NCBI GenBank assembly: GCA_938034975.1
Contig: CALHNI010000017.1
Span: 5,130 to 69,129 of the forward strand
Length of the DNA stretch: 64,000 nt
Direction: 5' to 3'
Source of the DNA: Candidatus Goldiibacteriota bacterium
GTDB lineage: Bacteria; Oederibacteriota; PGYV01; DYJU01
This document shows positions 47,901 through 56,239 of this stretch, one piece after another. A program made the position numbers and the translations under genes. How positions within the stretch are numbered: the stretch's first letter is position 1; the number at the start of each line of letters is the position of its first letter. The notes under the pieces were generated by a model. The model had not been told where the DNA came from and ran no database searches. It was given only the letters and a program-made list of their open reading frames with translations.

Positions 47901-49462
47901 GCAGTTATAAAAGTTTGGTAAATTTTTGTCTGATTGTTGAACATAATAATTATGTATCACAAATTTCAAATGCCCAAATAGTGAATTACATGCAAATGTC
48001 GGAGTATCAGAAGGTAATGGGAAACAGACCGCTTATTTATTTTTTTGACGGAAGTGATCCTAATTTAAATGCATCAAATATAGCATCTTTAAGGTCGCTT
48101 GCAGTAGGGGCTGGTCTTGGCAATCCATATATTGTGCTACTGCGCATAAGTGGTGATTTGACCAGAATCAATGCTCTGGGGATGGATGCCTGGAGCATGT
48201 ATGCTGTATCATGGGTAGGCAATGGCGCTCCATATAGTGCACTTGCTTCAACTGATGTTTCGCAATGGAACTGGGTAGGAGTTTCAAATGGATACAAATT
48301 CATACCACATGTTACATCCGGCTGGGATAAAAGACCAAGGCATGATAATCCGGTATCCTGGGAACCAGATCCAGGGCCTGATGCCTGGGTGCAGATGCCT
48401 ACACCGCTGGAACTTGCAAATCATGTTCATGAAGCTGTAAACTGGGTTAATAATAATCCATCTTCGGCAGAATCACGGGCAGTGCTGATTTATGCATGGA
48501 ATGAGTTTGATGAAGGTGGTTACATATGTCCAAATCTTTCAGCATATGGTGGAACGCAACGGCTTGATGCATTAAAAAATATTTTATGTCCTGCCGGAAC
48601 TATGACAAATACAAATACGCCTACAAAAACTCCAACAAATTCAATAACACCGACTTATACAAATACATTTTCTTCAACTTCTACTCAAAGTCATACTAAT
48701 ACTGCTACAAATACAATAACATTTACTCCAACCAATACTTTAACGCCTACAGAGACAGTAACAGGCAGTCAGCCACCAACATTGACAAATACAAATACAG
48801 ATACATTTACATCAACATCAACAATGACTTTAACTATTACTCCAACACAAACACAAACCTCAACCTTCACATCAACACAAACTCCAACTTATATATTTAC
48901 AACAACACCCTCATTTACATCTATATCTACTTTAACAAACACAAATACTTTCACGCAGACAATGACAAATACCCAACAACCAACATTTTCTTTTACACCA
49001 ACAAGCACGAATTCAAATACTCAGGTATTTACAAATACACCAACACTTACAATGACATTTACTTTTACGGCAACTTTGCCTGTAAATACCAATACACCTA
49101 CTCCTCAAACAACCGCAACACAAGCAGTGTCTGAAGAATTTAAATTTGATGAAAAATATACAATAGTAAATTATCCAAATCCTGTAATTGGGAATAATGA
49201 TATAAACATAAAATATAAATTAACTCAACCTGAAAACCAGGTTATAATAAGATTATATACAAATGCATTCAGATTGGTAAAAGAAATAGGATATAGTAAA
49301 TCAAAAATAACAATTGATACTTATGGTATAAGGGAAATAACATTGAAAAGCAATGATATATACAATCTTTCAAAAGGTGCTTATTATTATATATTAATTG
49401 CAAAGGATACAAGTGGTAAAGAAACAAAAAGTAAAATAAAAAAATTTTTAATTATAAAATAA
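44903..49462 (+). CDS. Secreted multidomain glycanase: Ig-like + GH9 catalytic domain, CBM-like module, second uncharacterised glycosidase-like domain, Thr-rich linkers, T9SS-like C-terminal domain
   Basis: 1519 aa with a signal peptide. GH9 motifs GGWHDAGDYRKYV, FLAGGPN and WSVTEPGIYYQA. Three T/N/P-rich linkers. A domain carrying LIYAWNEFDEGGY. C-terminal YPNPV...GAYYYILIA...KKFLIIK resembles Por_Secre_tail/FlgD-Ig type sorting domains. Confidence 0.85.
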   Translation: MKKLILLLLIINILSPIYSAPVSEQIIIDQIGYRTDADKFFMIADPRTGQNSAITYVPGATVQLRRSSDNQVMQIITLNVFNNGNEYMPAGDVVWQGNFSSFTTPGIYHIYDPTNDRQSYNFEIGNNIYNTILRQAVKSYYYQRCGTAITSNYGGTWTHAACHTQQQNALLYDGGVVQGTQRNVSGGWHDAGDYRKYVTFTFTTLWDLLHAYEWFSDRFSDDTGIPESGNGIPDILDEIKYELDWLLRMQKTDGSLYSGVFVTSGGSGGQGDPSTETTTYYYANYSTAATVTGAMAFALGARIFAPFNASYSLTLRTAAENAWAFLETHTSNIQYNHSGFQNANANWADNHEKQGRVTAAAELFHLTGQSKYRDYVDTNYNSSATRESWGHQPILSGYFETGGSAIIQRGLVSYCLAPGATTAVVNAIKNSLNQGIQNQTYGQRNSDAYKAYMWDGHYTWGSNQLKAEWANLALWGVKLNVNPSLSSAYQKVAEEYLHYFHGRNPLSWCYLTQSNSAGADKQITQIYHGWFWDGTSWDTNPAPGFLAGGPNANYVQDTQNSGGTPVYPPGGEPRQKSYRDWNTNWPDCSWSVTEPGIYYQARYVFLCAAFAGAVATPTNTPTSTFTITPGGPTLTFTPTFTTTMTNTPTATATTPPPFLLIYDGDTTGYKLSDGTVYNGGTGTITEIAGGKTGNGMRLYYTNPAWWQEHRWDKTVNVNIGTNTHLVFDVKAESGSVNQFLVRINWSDNYPNVANYLIEGGGIDTNWKTAKVPLSVLLEAGQTQIDFITFINNWNADYTVIVDNIRLEGGDPTPTNTSTFTFTNTVTRTNTSTRTNTATMTNTYTLTNTQTNTATYTPSSTSTMTNTTLFTNTPTNTPTNTSTLTSTSTSTLTRTSTSTPTVTSTVQKVIVGAIRWDAWTGPQNYIGTQVEKTLSPSQYHYRIPFYGIEYSSNSVNIQCTTQECIDQEISYAASMCLDYWAFIWYPASSGLQQALNLYLSSSYKSLVNFCLIVEHNNYVSQISNAQIVNYMQMSEYQKVMGNRPLIYFFDGSDPNLNASNIASLRSLAVGAGLGNPYIVLLRISGDLTRINALGMDAWSMYAVSWVGNGAPYSALASTDVSQWNWVGVSNGYKFIPHVTSGWDKRPRHDNPVSWEPDPGPDAWVQMPTPLELANHVHEAVNWVNNNPSSAESRAVLIYAWNEFDEGGYICPNLSAYGGTQRLDALKNILCPAGTMTNTNTPTKTPTNSITPTYTNTFSSTSTQSHTNTATNTITFTPTNTLTPTETVTGSQPPTLTNTNTDTFTSTSTMTLTITPTQTQTSTFTSTQTPTYIFTTTPSFTSISTLTNTNTFTQTMTNTQQPTFSFTPTSTNSNTQVFTNTPTLTMTFTFTATLPVNTNTPTPQTTATQAVSEEFKFDEKYTIVNYPNPVIGNNDINIKYKLTQPENQVIIRLYTNAFRLVKEIGYSKSKITIDTYGIREITLKSNDIYNLSKGAYYYILIAKDTSGKETKSKIKKFLIIK

Positions 49463-49538
49463 TAAAATTTTTTAAATTATAAATATTTTTTTTATTTTTG
49501 TGTGTAAAGTGAAAAAATTTTTCATCAAAAAAGTATAA

Positions 49539-52500
49539 ATGGATAAAAAAGTGAAAACGATAAGAATTTTTTTTGTGATTTATATTTTTTCAGTATTAAA
49601 AAGTTTTGCGCTTTTCCCATTTGTGTTACCATGGAATGATGCTACAGATACAATCATTGATTTAAGCTATATAATTTACAGGGATATAAATACCGAAGGT
49701 TTTGTGAGAGTTTCACAGGATGGACATTTTGCAGTAAATTCAGGCAGGATAAAATTCTGGGGAACAAATACAACTTTTGGTGCTAATTTCCCTTCAAAGT
49801 CAAATGCACAAAATGTCGCAGCGCGACTTGCAAAATATGGGTTTAATATTGTGCGGCTTCATCATATGGATATGTATGATATATGGACAACTGTTAATCC
49901 AGACAGAGTTTTACATCCGGGTAAACTTGATTTACTTGATTATTATATTTACCAATTAAAACAAAAAGGGATTTATGTTGATATAAATTTATTGGTTTCA
50001 AGGCCTTTTAACAGGGGAACTGATTTGCCAGCTGATATTGAACAGATTACTGACTGGAAAGTGAGAGATGCATTAGGATTTTTTGATCCGCAGACAAGGC
50101 AATTGCAAAAAGATTATGCAAGAGATTTACTGACACATACAAATCCATATACAGGTAATGCATATATAAATGAACCGGCAGTAGCATTTATAGAGATAAA
50201 TAATGAAAATGGATTAACGCAGGCATATTTAAGTTCACAACTTGATAATTTACCGCCATATTATTATAACCTTTTAAACACACAATGGAACAACTGGCTC
50301 AAAAACAAATATGCTACTCATTCTGCGCTTGAGGCAGCATGGGGCGTTTTAAATCAGCCATTGGGTTCTGAGATGTTGACAAATGGCAGGTTTCAAACAG
50401 GCTTTTTAAATCCCTGGAATGTGGAATTTCATAGTCCTGCAACAGGGAATGCAACTGTTGAAACAGGAACAGGACCACATAATTATAATTGTGCTAAAAT
50501 TACTGTAACAACACCGGGAACAGAAGGATGGAACATTCAATTTAATCATCCAAATTTAGTGTTAAATACAGGAACTCCATACACTTTGACTTTTTATGCC
50601 AAAGCAAGCGAACCTAAAACAATAAATGTTGCAGTGATGATGGCGCATTCCCCGTGGTCAAATCTTGGGTTTTCAACGTATATAAATTTAACAACAAACT
50701 GGCAGGCATTTACTTTTGTTTTTGCTCCTTCTCAATCAGACACAAATGCAAGAATAAATTTTGGTAATATGGGACTTGCAACAGGAGTTTCATTTTATTT
50801 TACAGATGTATCTTTAAAACCAGGTGGGCTTTTGGGTTTAAAACCAGAAGAAAATTTATATGGAGGAGGTATTGATAATTTCAAAAATAGCAGTGATATT
50901 TACAGGTCAAGAGAATCAAAGAAAGATTGGTTCAGGTTTTTACAGCAAACAGAAACAGATTATTGGATAGATATGAAAAATTATATAAAAAATATCCTAG
51001 GCGCAAAACAAATAGTTTTTGGGACAATAATAGGATGCTCAACACCAAATGTGCAGAGTAATTTGGATGCAATAGATACACATGCATACTGGCAGCATCC
51101 TGAATTTCCAGGGCAACCGTGGAGTTCAACTGACTGGTATGTTAAAAATAATCCGATGGTTAACAATCAGCAAGGGTCAACAGTAGCAGGGTTAGGAATG
51201 AAATCAGTATTAAATAAACCGCATTGTGTAACAGAATATAATCATCCGCACCCATATACGTATGAAGCAGAAAGTATGTTTTTTCTTTCTACATATGCAT
51301 CATTACAGGACTGGGATGCGGTATTTGAATATTCTTATAACGGCAGTGATAACTGGAATACACAAAAGATTGATGGATTTTTTGATGTAAATCAGAATAC
51401 AGTGAAAATGGCATCAATGATACCAGCAGCACTTGCATTTTACAGGGGAGATATTTTACCTGCCCAGCAAACAGTAGTTATACCTTTAAATTATGAAACA
51501 GAGATAGAAGAATTATTAGACACATGGGCATGGTGGCTTGTTGATGGGACAAAATTAGGTGAAAATCCAAAAACTTCATTAATACATAAAGTAAAATTAG
51601 CAGTAGAAGGACAGAGTATTCCGCCTGGAACTTTGTCTCCAGGTTCCACAGATACTTCTGGTAATATTATGATCTCTGATACTGGTCAGATTGTATGGGA
51701 TTTAAGTAATTCGCAGGCAGGGTATATAAAAGTTGATACTCCAAAAAGTAAATTTGTTTATGGATTCCAAAATGGCAGGACCTATTACTTATCTGGTGTT
51801 ACAATAACTCCGGGTAACACAATAACAAATGGGTTTTCTTCAATTGCAATAACAGCAATGGATGGCAATTCTATACAGGAAGCAGTTAGAATTTTAATTA
51901 CAGCACTTGGCACACAGAAAAATACAAATGCACAGTTTTATCAATATCCAAATACTTTGATTTCTTTTCCACCAACTATGGGAATTAATTTAACTTTGCG
52001 TAATCAATGGGGAACATCTCCAGTAGAAGTTGAAGGAATACCAGCAACAATAATTTTGCCTTGTGCTTTTTCAGATACTTATGTGTGGGCACTTGATAAT
52101 AAAGGAGCAAAAAAATCATCTGTTCCTATTATTAATAACTCAGGATATGCGTCATTTTCAATAGATCCTTCATATGAAACATTATGGTATGAAGTAAATG
52201 TGAATCATCCGGAATATACGCCAACAAATACAAAAACAAATACACCTATTTTAACTCCAACTCATACATATACACCTGTTGTTGGAAGTATTGTTGATGA
52301 TTGTGAAAATCTTGGAACTACGCAAAATTTATGGGGTGGTTGGTGGTATACTTATAATGATATAAGTTCAACAGCAACAGGTTCTAAACAAGCCCCTGGT
52401 GGTCCTGTAACTCAAATGGGTAAATATAAATTAACCGGAAATTTAGTTTCAGGTGGCTGGGCAGGTGCTGGGACCAATCTTTCCGGAACAGGACAGGAAA

Positions 52501-53522
52501 TTGATTTAACACCGTTTGAAGGTATAAGTTTATATCTAAAAGGAGATGGGACTCAGGTAAGTATTGCAATAGTAACAGGTAATTTTTCTGATGTCCCACA
52601 GTATAACCACTGGCAATATACTGTGACAACATCAAATGAATGGACATTTTATCAAATTCCTTTTTCATATTTTACAATACCCTGGGGCTCGCCATTGCCT
52701 TTTGATTTAACAAGGTCAGAAGATATACAATTTAAAATTGCAGATACAGGTGTTTTTGATATAGAAATTGATGATGTGATGTTTTATTATTCTTTATCTT
52801 CAACTCCGACTTTTTCATTGACACATACAAATACTATGACTTTTACATCAACTCATACATATACTTTTACAAGCACAGAGACAAGAACTTTCACAATAAC
52901 TTATACACCAACAGAGACAGTTACAGGCAGCCAACCACCAACATGGACAAATACAGATACGCCAACACATACAACAACATACACATCAACCAATACATTT
53001 ACAAATTCATCAACATTTACCTTAACAAACACAAATACCAATACGCCAACAAATACAATAACTAAAACTTCTACTCATTCAGCAACAAATACAATTACAT
53101 ACACGCCAACAAACACAAATACTTTTACTTATACATCAACTTTTTCCCAGCAAATAACGAATACACCAACTCACACCAAAACCTCGGAAGATGATGAATT
53201 AAAATTTGATAATACTGTTAAGATTATAAACTATCCTAATCCAGCAAATACAAATGCTGATATTAAAATAAGATATAAGGTAAAAGGAAGTGAACAACAG
53301 GTTATAATAAGAATATATACAAATGCATTCAGATTAATAAAAGAAATTAATTATAAAAAATCAGAAATATCAATTGATTTTAATGGTATAAGAGAAATAC
53401 GTATTAAAAAGCAAAATATAAAAGATATGGCAACTGGTTCATATTATTATATTATAATCGCAAAGGATAAAAACGGTAGTGAGGTTATAAGCAAAATAAG
53501 TAATTTGGTAATTTTAAAATAA
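49539..53522 (+). CDS. Secreted multidomain glycanase: clan GH-A (GH5-like) catalytic domain with inserted CBM-like module, beta-sandwich domains, Thr-rich linker, T9SS-like C-terminal domain
   Basis: 1327 aa with a signal-like N-terminus. FNIVRLHHMD; FIEINNENG (candidate NE acid/base); CVTEYNHP (candidate nucleophile Glu). CenC-like NGRFQTGFLNPWN module. CIA30/CBM11-like DDCENL...WGGWWYTYND module. The C-terminal domain is about 60% identical to that of 44903-49462. Confidence 0.78.
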   Translation: MDKKVKTIRIFFVIYIFSVLKSFALFPFVLPWNDATDTIIDLSYIIYRDINTEGFVRVSQDGHFAVNSGRIKFWGTNTTFGANFPSKSNAQNVAARLAKYGFNIVRLHHMDMYDIWTTVNPDRVLHPGKLDLLDYYIYQLKQKGIYVDINLLVSRPFNRGTDLPADIEQITDWKVRDALGFFDPQTRQLQKDYARDLLTHTNPYTGNAYINEPAVAFIEINNENGLTQAYLSSQLDNLPPYYYNLLNTQWNNWLKNKYATHSALEAAWGVLNQPLGSEMLTNGRFQTGFLNPWNVEFHSPATGNATVETGTGPHNYNCAKITVTTPGTEGWNIQFNHPNLVLNTGTPYTLTFYAKASEPKTINVAVMMAHSPWSNLGFSTYINLTTNWQAFTFVFAPSQSDTNARINFGNMGLATGVSFYFTDVSLKPGGLLGLKPEENLYGGGIDNFKNSSDIYRSRESKKDWFRFLQQTETDYWIDMKNYIKNILGAKQIVFGTIIGCSTPNVQSNLDAIDTHAYWQHPEFPGQPWSSTDWYVKNNPMVNNQQGSTVAGLGMKSVLNKPHCVTEYNHPHPYTYEAESMFFLSTYASLQDWDAVFEYSYNGSDNWNTQKIDGFFDVNQNTVKMASMIPAALAFYRGDILPAQQTVVIPLNYETEIEELLDTWAWWLVDGTKLGENPKTSLIHKVKLAVEGQSIPPGTLSPGSTDTSGNIMISDTGQIVWDLSNSQAGYIKVDTPKSKFVYGFQNGRTYYLSGVTITPGNTITNGFSSIAITAMDGNSIQEAVRILITALGTQKNTNAQFYQYPNTLISFPPTMGINLTLRNQWGTSPVEVEGIPATIILPCAFSDTYVWALDNKGAKKSSVPIINNSGYASFSIDPSYETLWYEVNVNHPEYTPTNTKTNTPILTPTHTYTPVVGSIVDDCENLGTTQNLWGGWWYTYNDISSTATGSKQAPGGPVTQMGKYKLTGNLVSGGWAGAGTNLSGTGQEIDLTPFEGISLYLKGDGTQVSIAIVTGNFSDVPQYNHWQYTVTTSNEWTFYQIPFSYFTIPWGSPLPFDLTRSEDIQFKIADTGVFDIEIDDVMFYYSLSSTPTFSLTHTNTMTFTSTHTYTFTSTETRTFTITYTPTETVTGSQPPTWTNTDTPTHTTTYTSTNTFTNSSTFTLTNTNTNTPTNTITKTSTHSATNTITYTPTNTNTFTYTSTFSQQITNTPTHTKTSEDDELKFDNTVKIINYPNPANTNADIKIRYKVKGSEQQVIIRIYTNAFRLIKEINYKKSEISIDFNGIREIRIKKQNIKDMATGSYYYIIIAKDKNGSEVISKISNLVILK

Positions 53523-53644
53523 AAAATAGTCATAAACTATAAAGAGTGATTAAGATACATAATATAGAATATTTATATACTTGTTAAATATCATTTGGTC
53601 CGGGAAATAATATCAGGAAATTTGTAATTTTTTGTGGAGTTATT

Positions 53645-53802
53645 GTTGCTTTTTATTTTTATAATGTATTACTTTTATTTATCTGTTCTTTTATTTTAAA
53701 TAAAACAAAAGTGTTGTTTTAAATATTTTTATTCCTTTAATAACAATATTTTTTTTGTATGTTTTTTTCCTGAAAATCGCAATTTCCTATCGCGATTTTC
53801 AG
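53645..53802 (-). repeat. Family-1 intergenic repeat, copy F (core + H1, no H2; minus orientation)
   Basis: About 90% identical by eye to copy E over ~150 bp. H1 is cctgaaaatcgcaatttcctatcgcgattttcag (53769-53802). A second, degenerate cctga..tcagg hairpin lies at 53821-53855. Confidence 0.75.
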
Positions 53803-53933
53803 ATAAAGGGTTAAATAAGACCTGATATAACAATAGAAAATTGTAATTTTCAGGGGTAATGTCAATGATTTTGTGTAAAAAAAATTCATTTTAAAACTCT
53901 TTCAAAGGATGTTTCTTCCATTTTTCATCTTTG

Positions 53934-53961
53934 TTGACATAAATTAATTTTTTGCTATAAT
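53934..53961 (+). promoter_or_regulatory. sigma70-type promoter with extended -10 (TTGACA-16-TGcTATAAT) for the etfBA leader
   Basis: ttgaca taaattaatttttTGc tataat, about 20 nt upstream of the start of the conserved leader. Confidence 0.55.
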
Positions 53962-53982
53962 TTAGCAATATATTTTAAATTG

Positions 53983-54292
53983 ATAATGTGAAAAGTTCTA
54001 TGAAAAAGAAAGAAGTCAGAGATTAAAATATATACTAAAAGTATAGGAAATAATATACATTTCCCACTCTTTAATAAAAGAGGGGATAGGGGAGATTTAA
54101 ATTAGGAAGAAGAAAATCCACCTCAATCCCCCTTTTGCAAAGGGGGAGAAAAAAAGAGGAAGAAGAAAATCCCCATAAGTCCCCCTTTTGGAAAGGGGGA
54201 ACAAAGGCAACAGAAATATATGAATAAAAAGATTTTTAAGTGAAGAGCGTTAAAACTATTCACAATACTTTCAAATTTTTAAGGAGGTTTTT
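53983..54292 (+). promoter_or_regulatory. Long conserved 5' leader (family-2 element, copy a) of etfBA
   Basis: Aligns with the reverse complement of 1447-1725 from ataatgtgaaaa through the SD (aaggaggttt). Contains the hairpins cccactctttaataaaagagggg, tcccccttttgcaaaggggga and tcccccttttggaaaggggga. Confidence 0.6.
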
Positions 54293-55084
54293 ATGAATAT
54301 AGTTGTATGTGTAAAGCAGGTGCCGGATACAACAAATATAAAAGTTGATCCAGAAACAGGAACTTTAAAACGGGAAACAGCAGGGACAACTATTAATCCA
54401 TTTGATTTATATGCCATAGAAGAAGCATTGCGAACAAAAGAAAAATTAGGTGGCAAAGTAACTGCAATAACAATGGGACCGCCTATGGCAAAAGAAATAT
54501 TAAAGATGGCAATTGGGATGGGTGTAGATGATGCTATTTTATTAAGTGATAAAAAATTAGCAGGCTCTGATACATGGGCAACTGCTTATGCGCTTTCCAT
54601 GGCAATTAAGAAAATAGGTTTTGATATTGTTTTTTTTGGTAAACAGGCAATTGATGGAGATACAGCGCAGGTTGGTCCTTCTACTTCTGAATTTCTGGAT
54701 GTGCCGAGTATTACCTGGGTAAAAAAAATAAGGGAAATAAACGAAAAAGAAGTTATTGTTGAAAGAATGATGGAAGATGGAGTGGATGTTGTTAAATCAA
54801 CAATTCCGGTTGTTTTAACAGTTGTAAAAGAAATAAACGAACCAAGGTTAGAATCTTTAAAGGGAAAAATGAGGGCAAAAAAGTATGAGATACCTATATG
54901 GGGGATTAATGATATTCAGGCAGATGAAAACAAAGTCGGTTTAAAAAATTCACCTACCCGTGTTGCCAAGTCATGGACACCTGAAAGACATTTTGGTAAA
55001 GTTGAAATAATGGATGGCGCTGATACAAACGAAAAAGTTGAAAAATTATATATGAAAATCAAACAATTAGGAATAATTAAATAA
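54293..55084 (+). CDS. etfB: Electron transfer flavoprotein, beta subunit
   Basis: 263 aa. MNIVVCVKQVPDT and INPFDLYAIEEALR are canonical EtfB motifs. Confidence 0.93.
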   Translation: MNIVVCVKQVPDTTNIKVDPETGTLKRETAGTTINPFDLYAIEEALRTKEKLGGKVTAITMGPPMAKEILKMAIGMGVDDAILLSDKKLAGSDTWATAYALSMAIKKIGFDIVFFGKQAIDGDTAQVGPSTSEFLDVPSITWVKKIREINEKEVIVERMMEDGVDVVKSTIPVVLTVVKEINEPRLESLKGKMRAKKYEIPIWGINDIQADENKVGLKNSPTRVAKSWTPERHFGKVEIMDGADTNEKVEKLYMKIKQLGIIK

Positions 55085-55099
55085 ATTTTGGAGGCAAAA

Positions 55100-56107
55100 A
55101 TGGCAGAAATTAACAAACTTGATTATAAAGGTGTATGGATTGTAGCAGAACAAAGGCGTGGTATTTTACATAAGGTTTCTTTTGAATTGTTAGGGAAAGG
55201 CAGGGAAATTGCAGATGCTTTAAAATGTGAACTTGCAGCAGTTTTATTAGGATATAATATAGAAAATTTAGCCATGGAATTAATTAAATATGGAGCAGAC
55301 AAAGTATATCTTATTGACCATCCTGATTTGAAAGATTTTAATGATGAAATTTATTCTTCAGCAATTGCAGACCTTGCTAATATGTATAAACCGGAGATAA
55401 TGTGGACCGGAGCAACTGCAATTGGAAGAGCATTTTTCCCGCGGGTTGCGATAAAATTAAATGCAGGCTTGACTGCTGATTGCACAGGATTTGAAATTGA
55501 TTTAAATGAAAGAAATCTTTTTCAGATAAGACCTGCCTTTGGCGGAAATTTAATGGCAAAAATAATAACGCCTGAAAGACGTCCGCAGATGTCAACAGCA
55601 AGATACAAAGTTTTTAAGGCATTACAAAAAGATGAGTCAAGAAAAGGCGAAATAATAAAACCTCAGATTATGATAGATTCTTCCAAAGCGCGGGCTAAAA
55701 TGCTTGAATTTATAGAAGAGGTTGAGACAACAGTAAATATTACTGAAGCAGATATAATTGTATCTGGTGGAAGGGGTCTGGGTTGCCCTGAAAACTTCAA
55801 AATGATAAGAGAATTAGCAGAAGTTTTAGGCGGTGCTGTTGGAGCATCCCGTGCAGCAGTTGATTCTGGATGGATTCCATATTCTCATCAGGTTGGACAG
55901 ACAGGGAAAACAGTATCACCCAAAGTTTATATTGCATGTGGTATATCAGGTGCAATTCAGCATCTTGCTGGAATGCAATCCTCGGATATAATAATTGCAA
56001 TAAATAAGGATAAAGAAGCACCAATTTTTTCTGTTGCATCATTTGGTATAGTTGGAGATGTATGTGAAATAGTGCCTGCATTAACAGAAAGAATTAAAAA
56101 AGGATAA
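55100..56107 (+). CDS. etfA: Electron transfer flavoprotein, alpha subunit
   Basis: The ORF opens at TTG 55088, but ATG 55100 follows SD tggagg. Motifs GVWIVAEQ, VSGGRGLG, GASRAAVDSGW, QVGQTGK and YIACGISGAIQHLAG. Confidence 0.93.
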   Translation: MAEINKLDYKGVWIVAEQRRGILHKVSFELLGKGREIADALKCELAAVLLGYNIENLAMELIKYGADKVYLIDHPDLKDFNDEIYSSAIADLANMYKPEIMWTGATAIGRAFFPRVAIKLNAGLTADCTGFEIDLNERNLFQIRPAFGGNLMAKIITPERRPQMSTARYKVFKALQKDESRKGEIIKPQIMIDSSKARAKMLEFIEEVETTVNITEADIIVSGGRGLGCPENFKMIRELAEVLGGAVGASRAAVDSGWIPYSHQVGQTGKTVSPKVYIACGISGAIQHLAGMQSSDIIIAINKDKEAPIFSVASFGIVGDVCEIVPALTERIKKG

Positions 56108-56239
56108 ATAAAATTTTATATTCCTGACATACAAAAAATATAATATAAAAATTTTTATAATAAAAAAAATAAATACTGATAATAGCAGCAAATAAATTTG
56201 TGGGATATAATTAAAATACTTTAAAAATAAAGGTGAAAA

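Noticed and set aside
46740-49110. ACA/ACT/AAT-rich DNA repeats (also 52800-53190) as non-coding tandem repeats or a contingency locus
   Set aside because: They stay in frame within the long ORFs and encode Thr/Asn/Pro-rich linkers. The units are imperfect and not true identical tandem repeats. They are reported only as linker features of the glycanases.
56108-56239. Promoter or terminator between etfA and secA
   Set aside because: The spacer is AT-rich with several TATAAT-like strings, but I found no convincing -35/-10 pair at proper spacing and no hairpin. It is not called.
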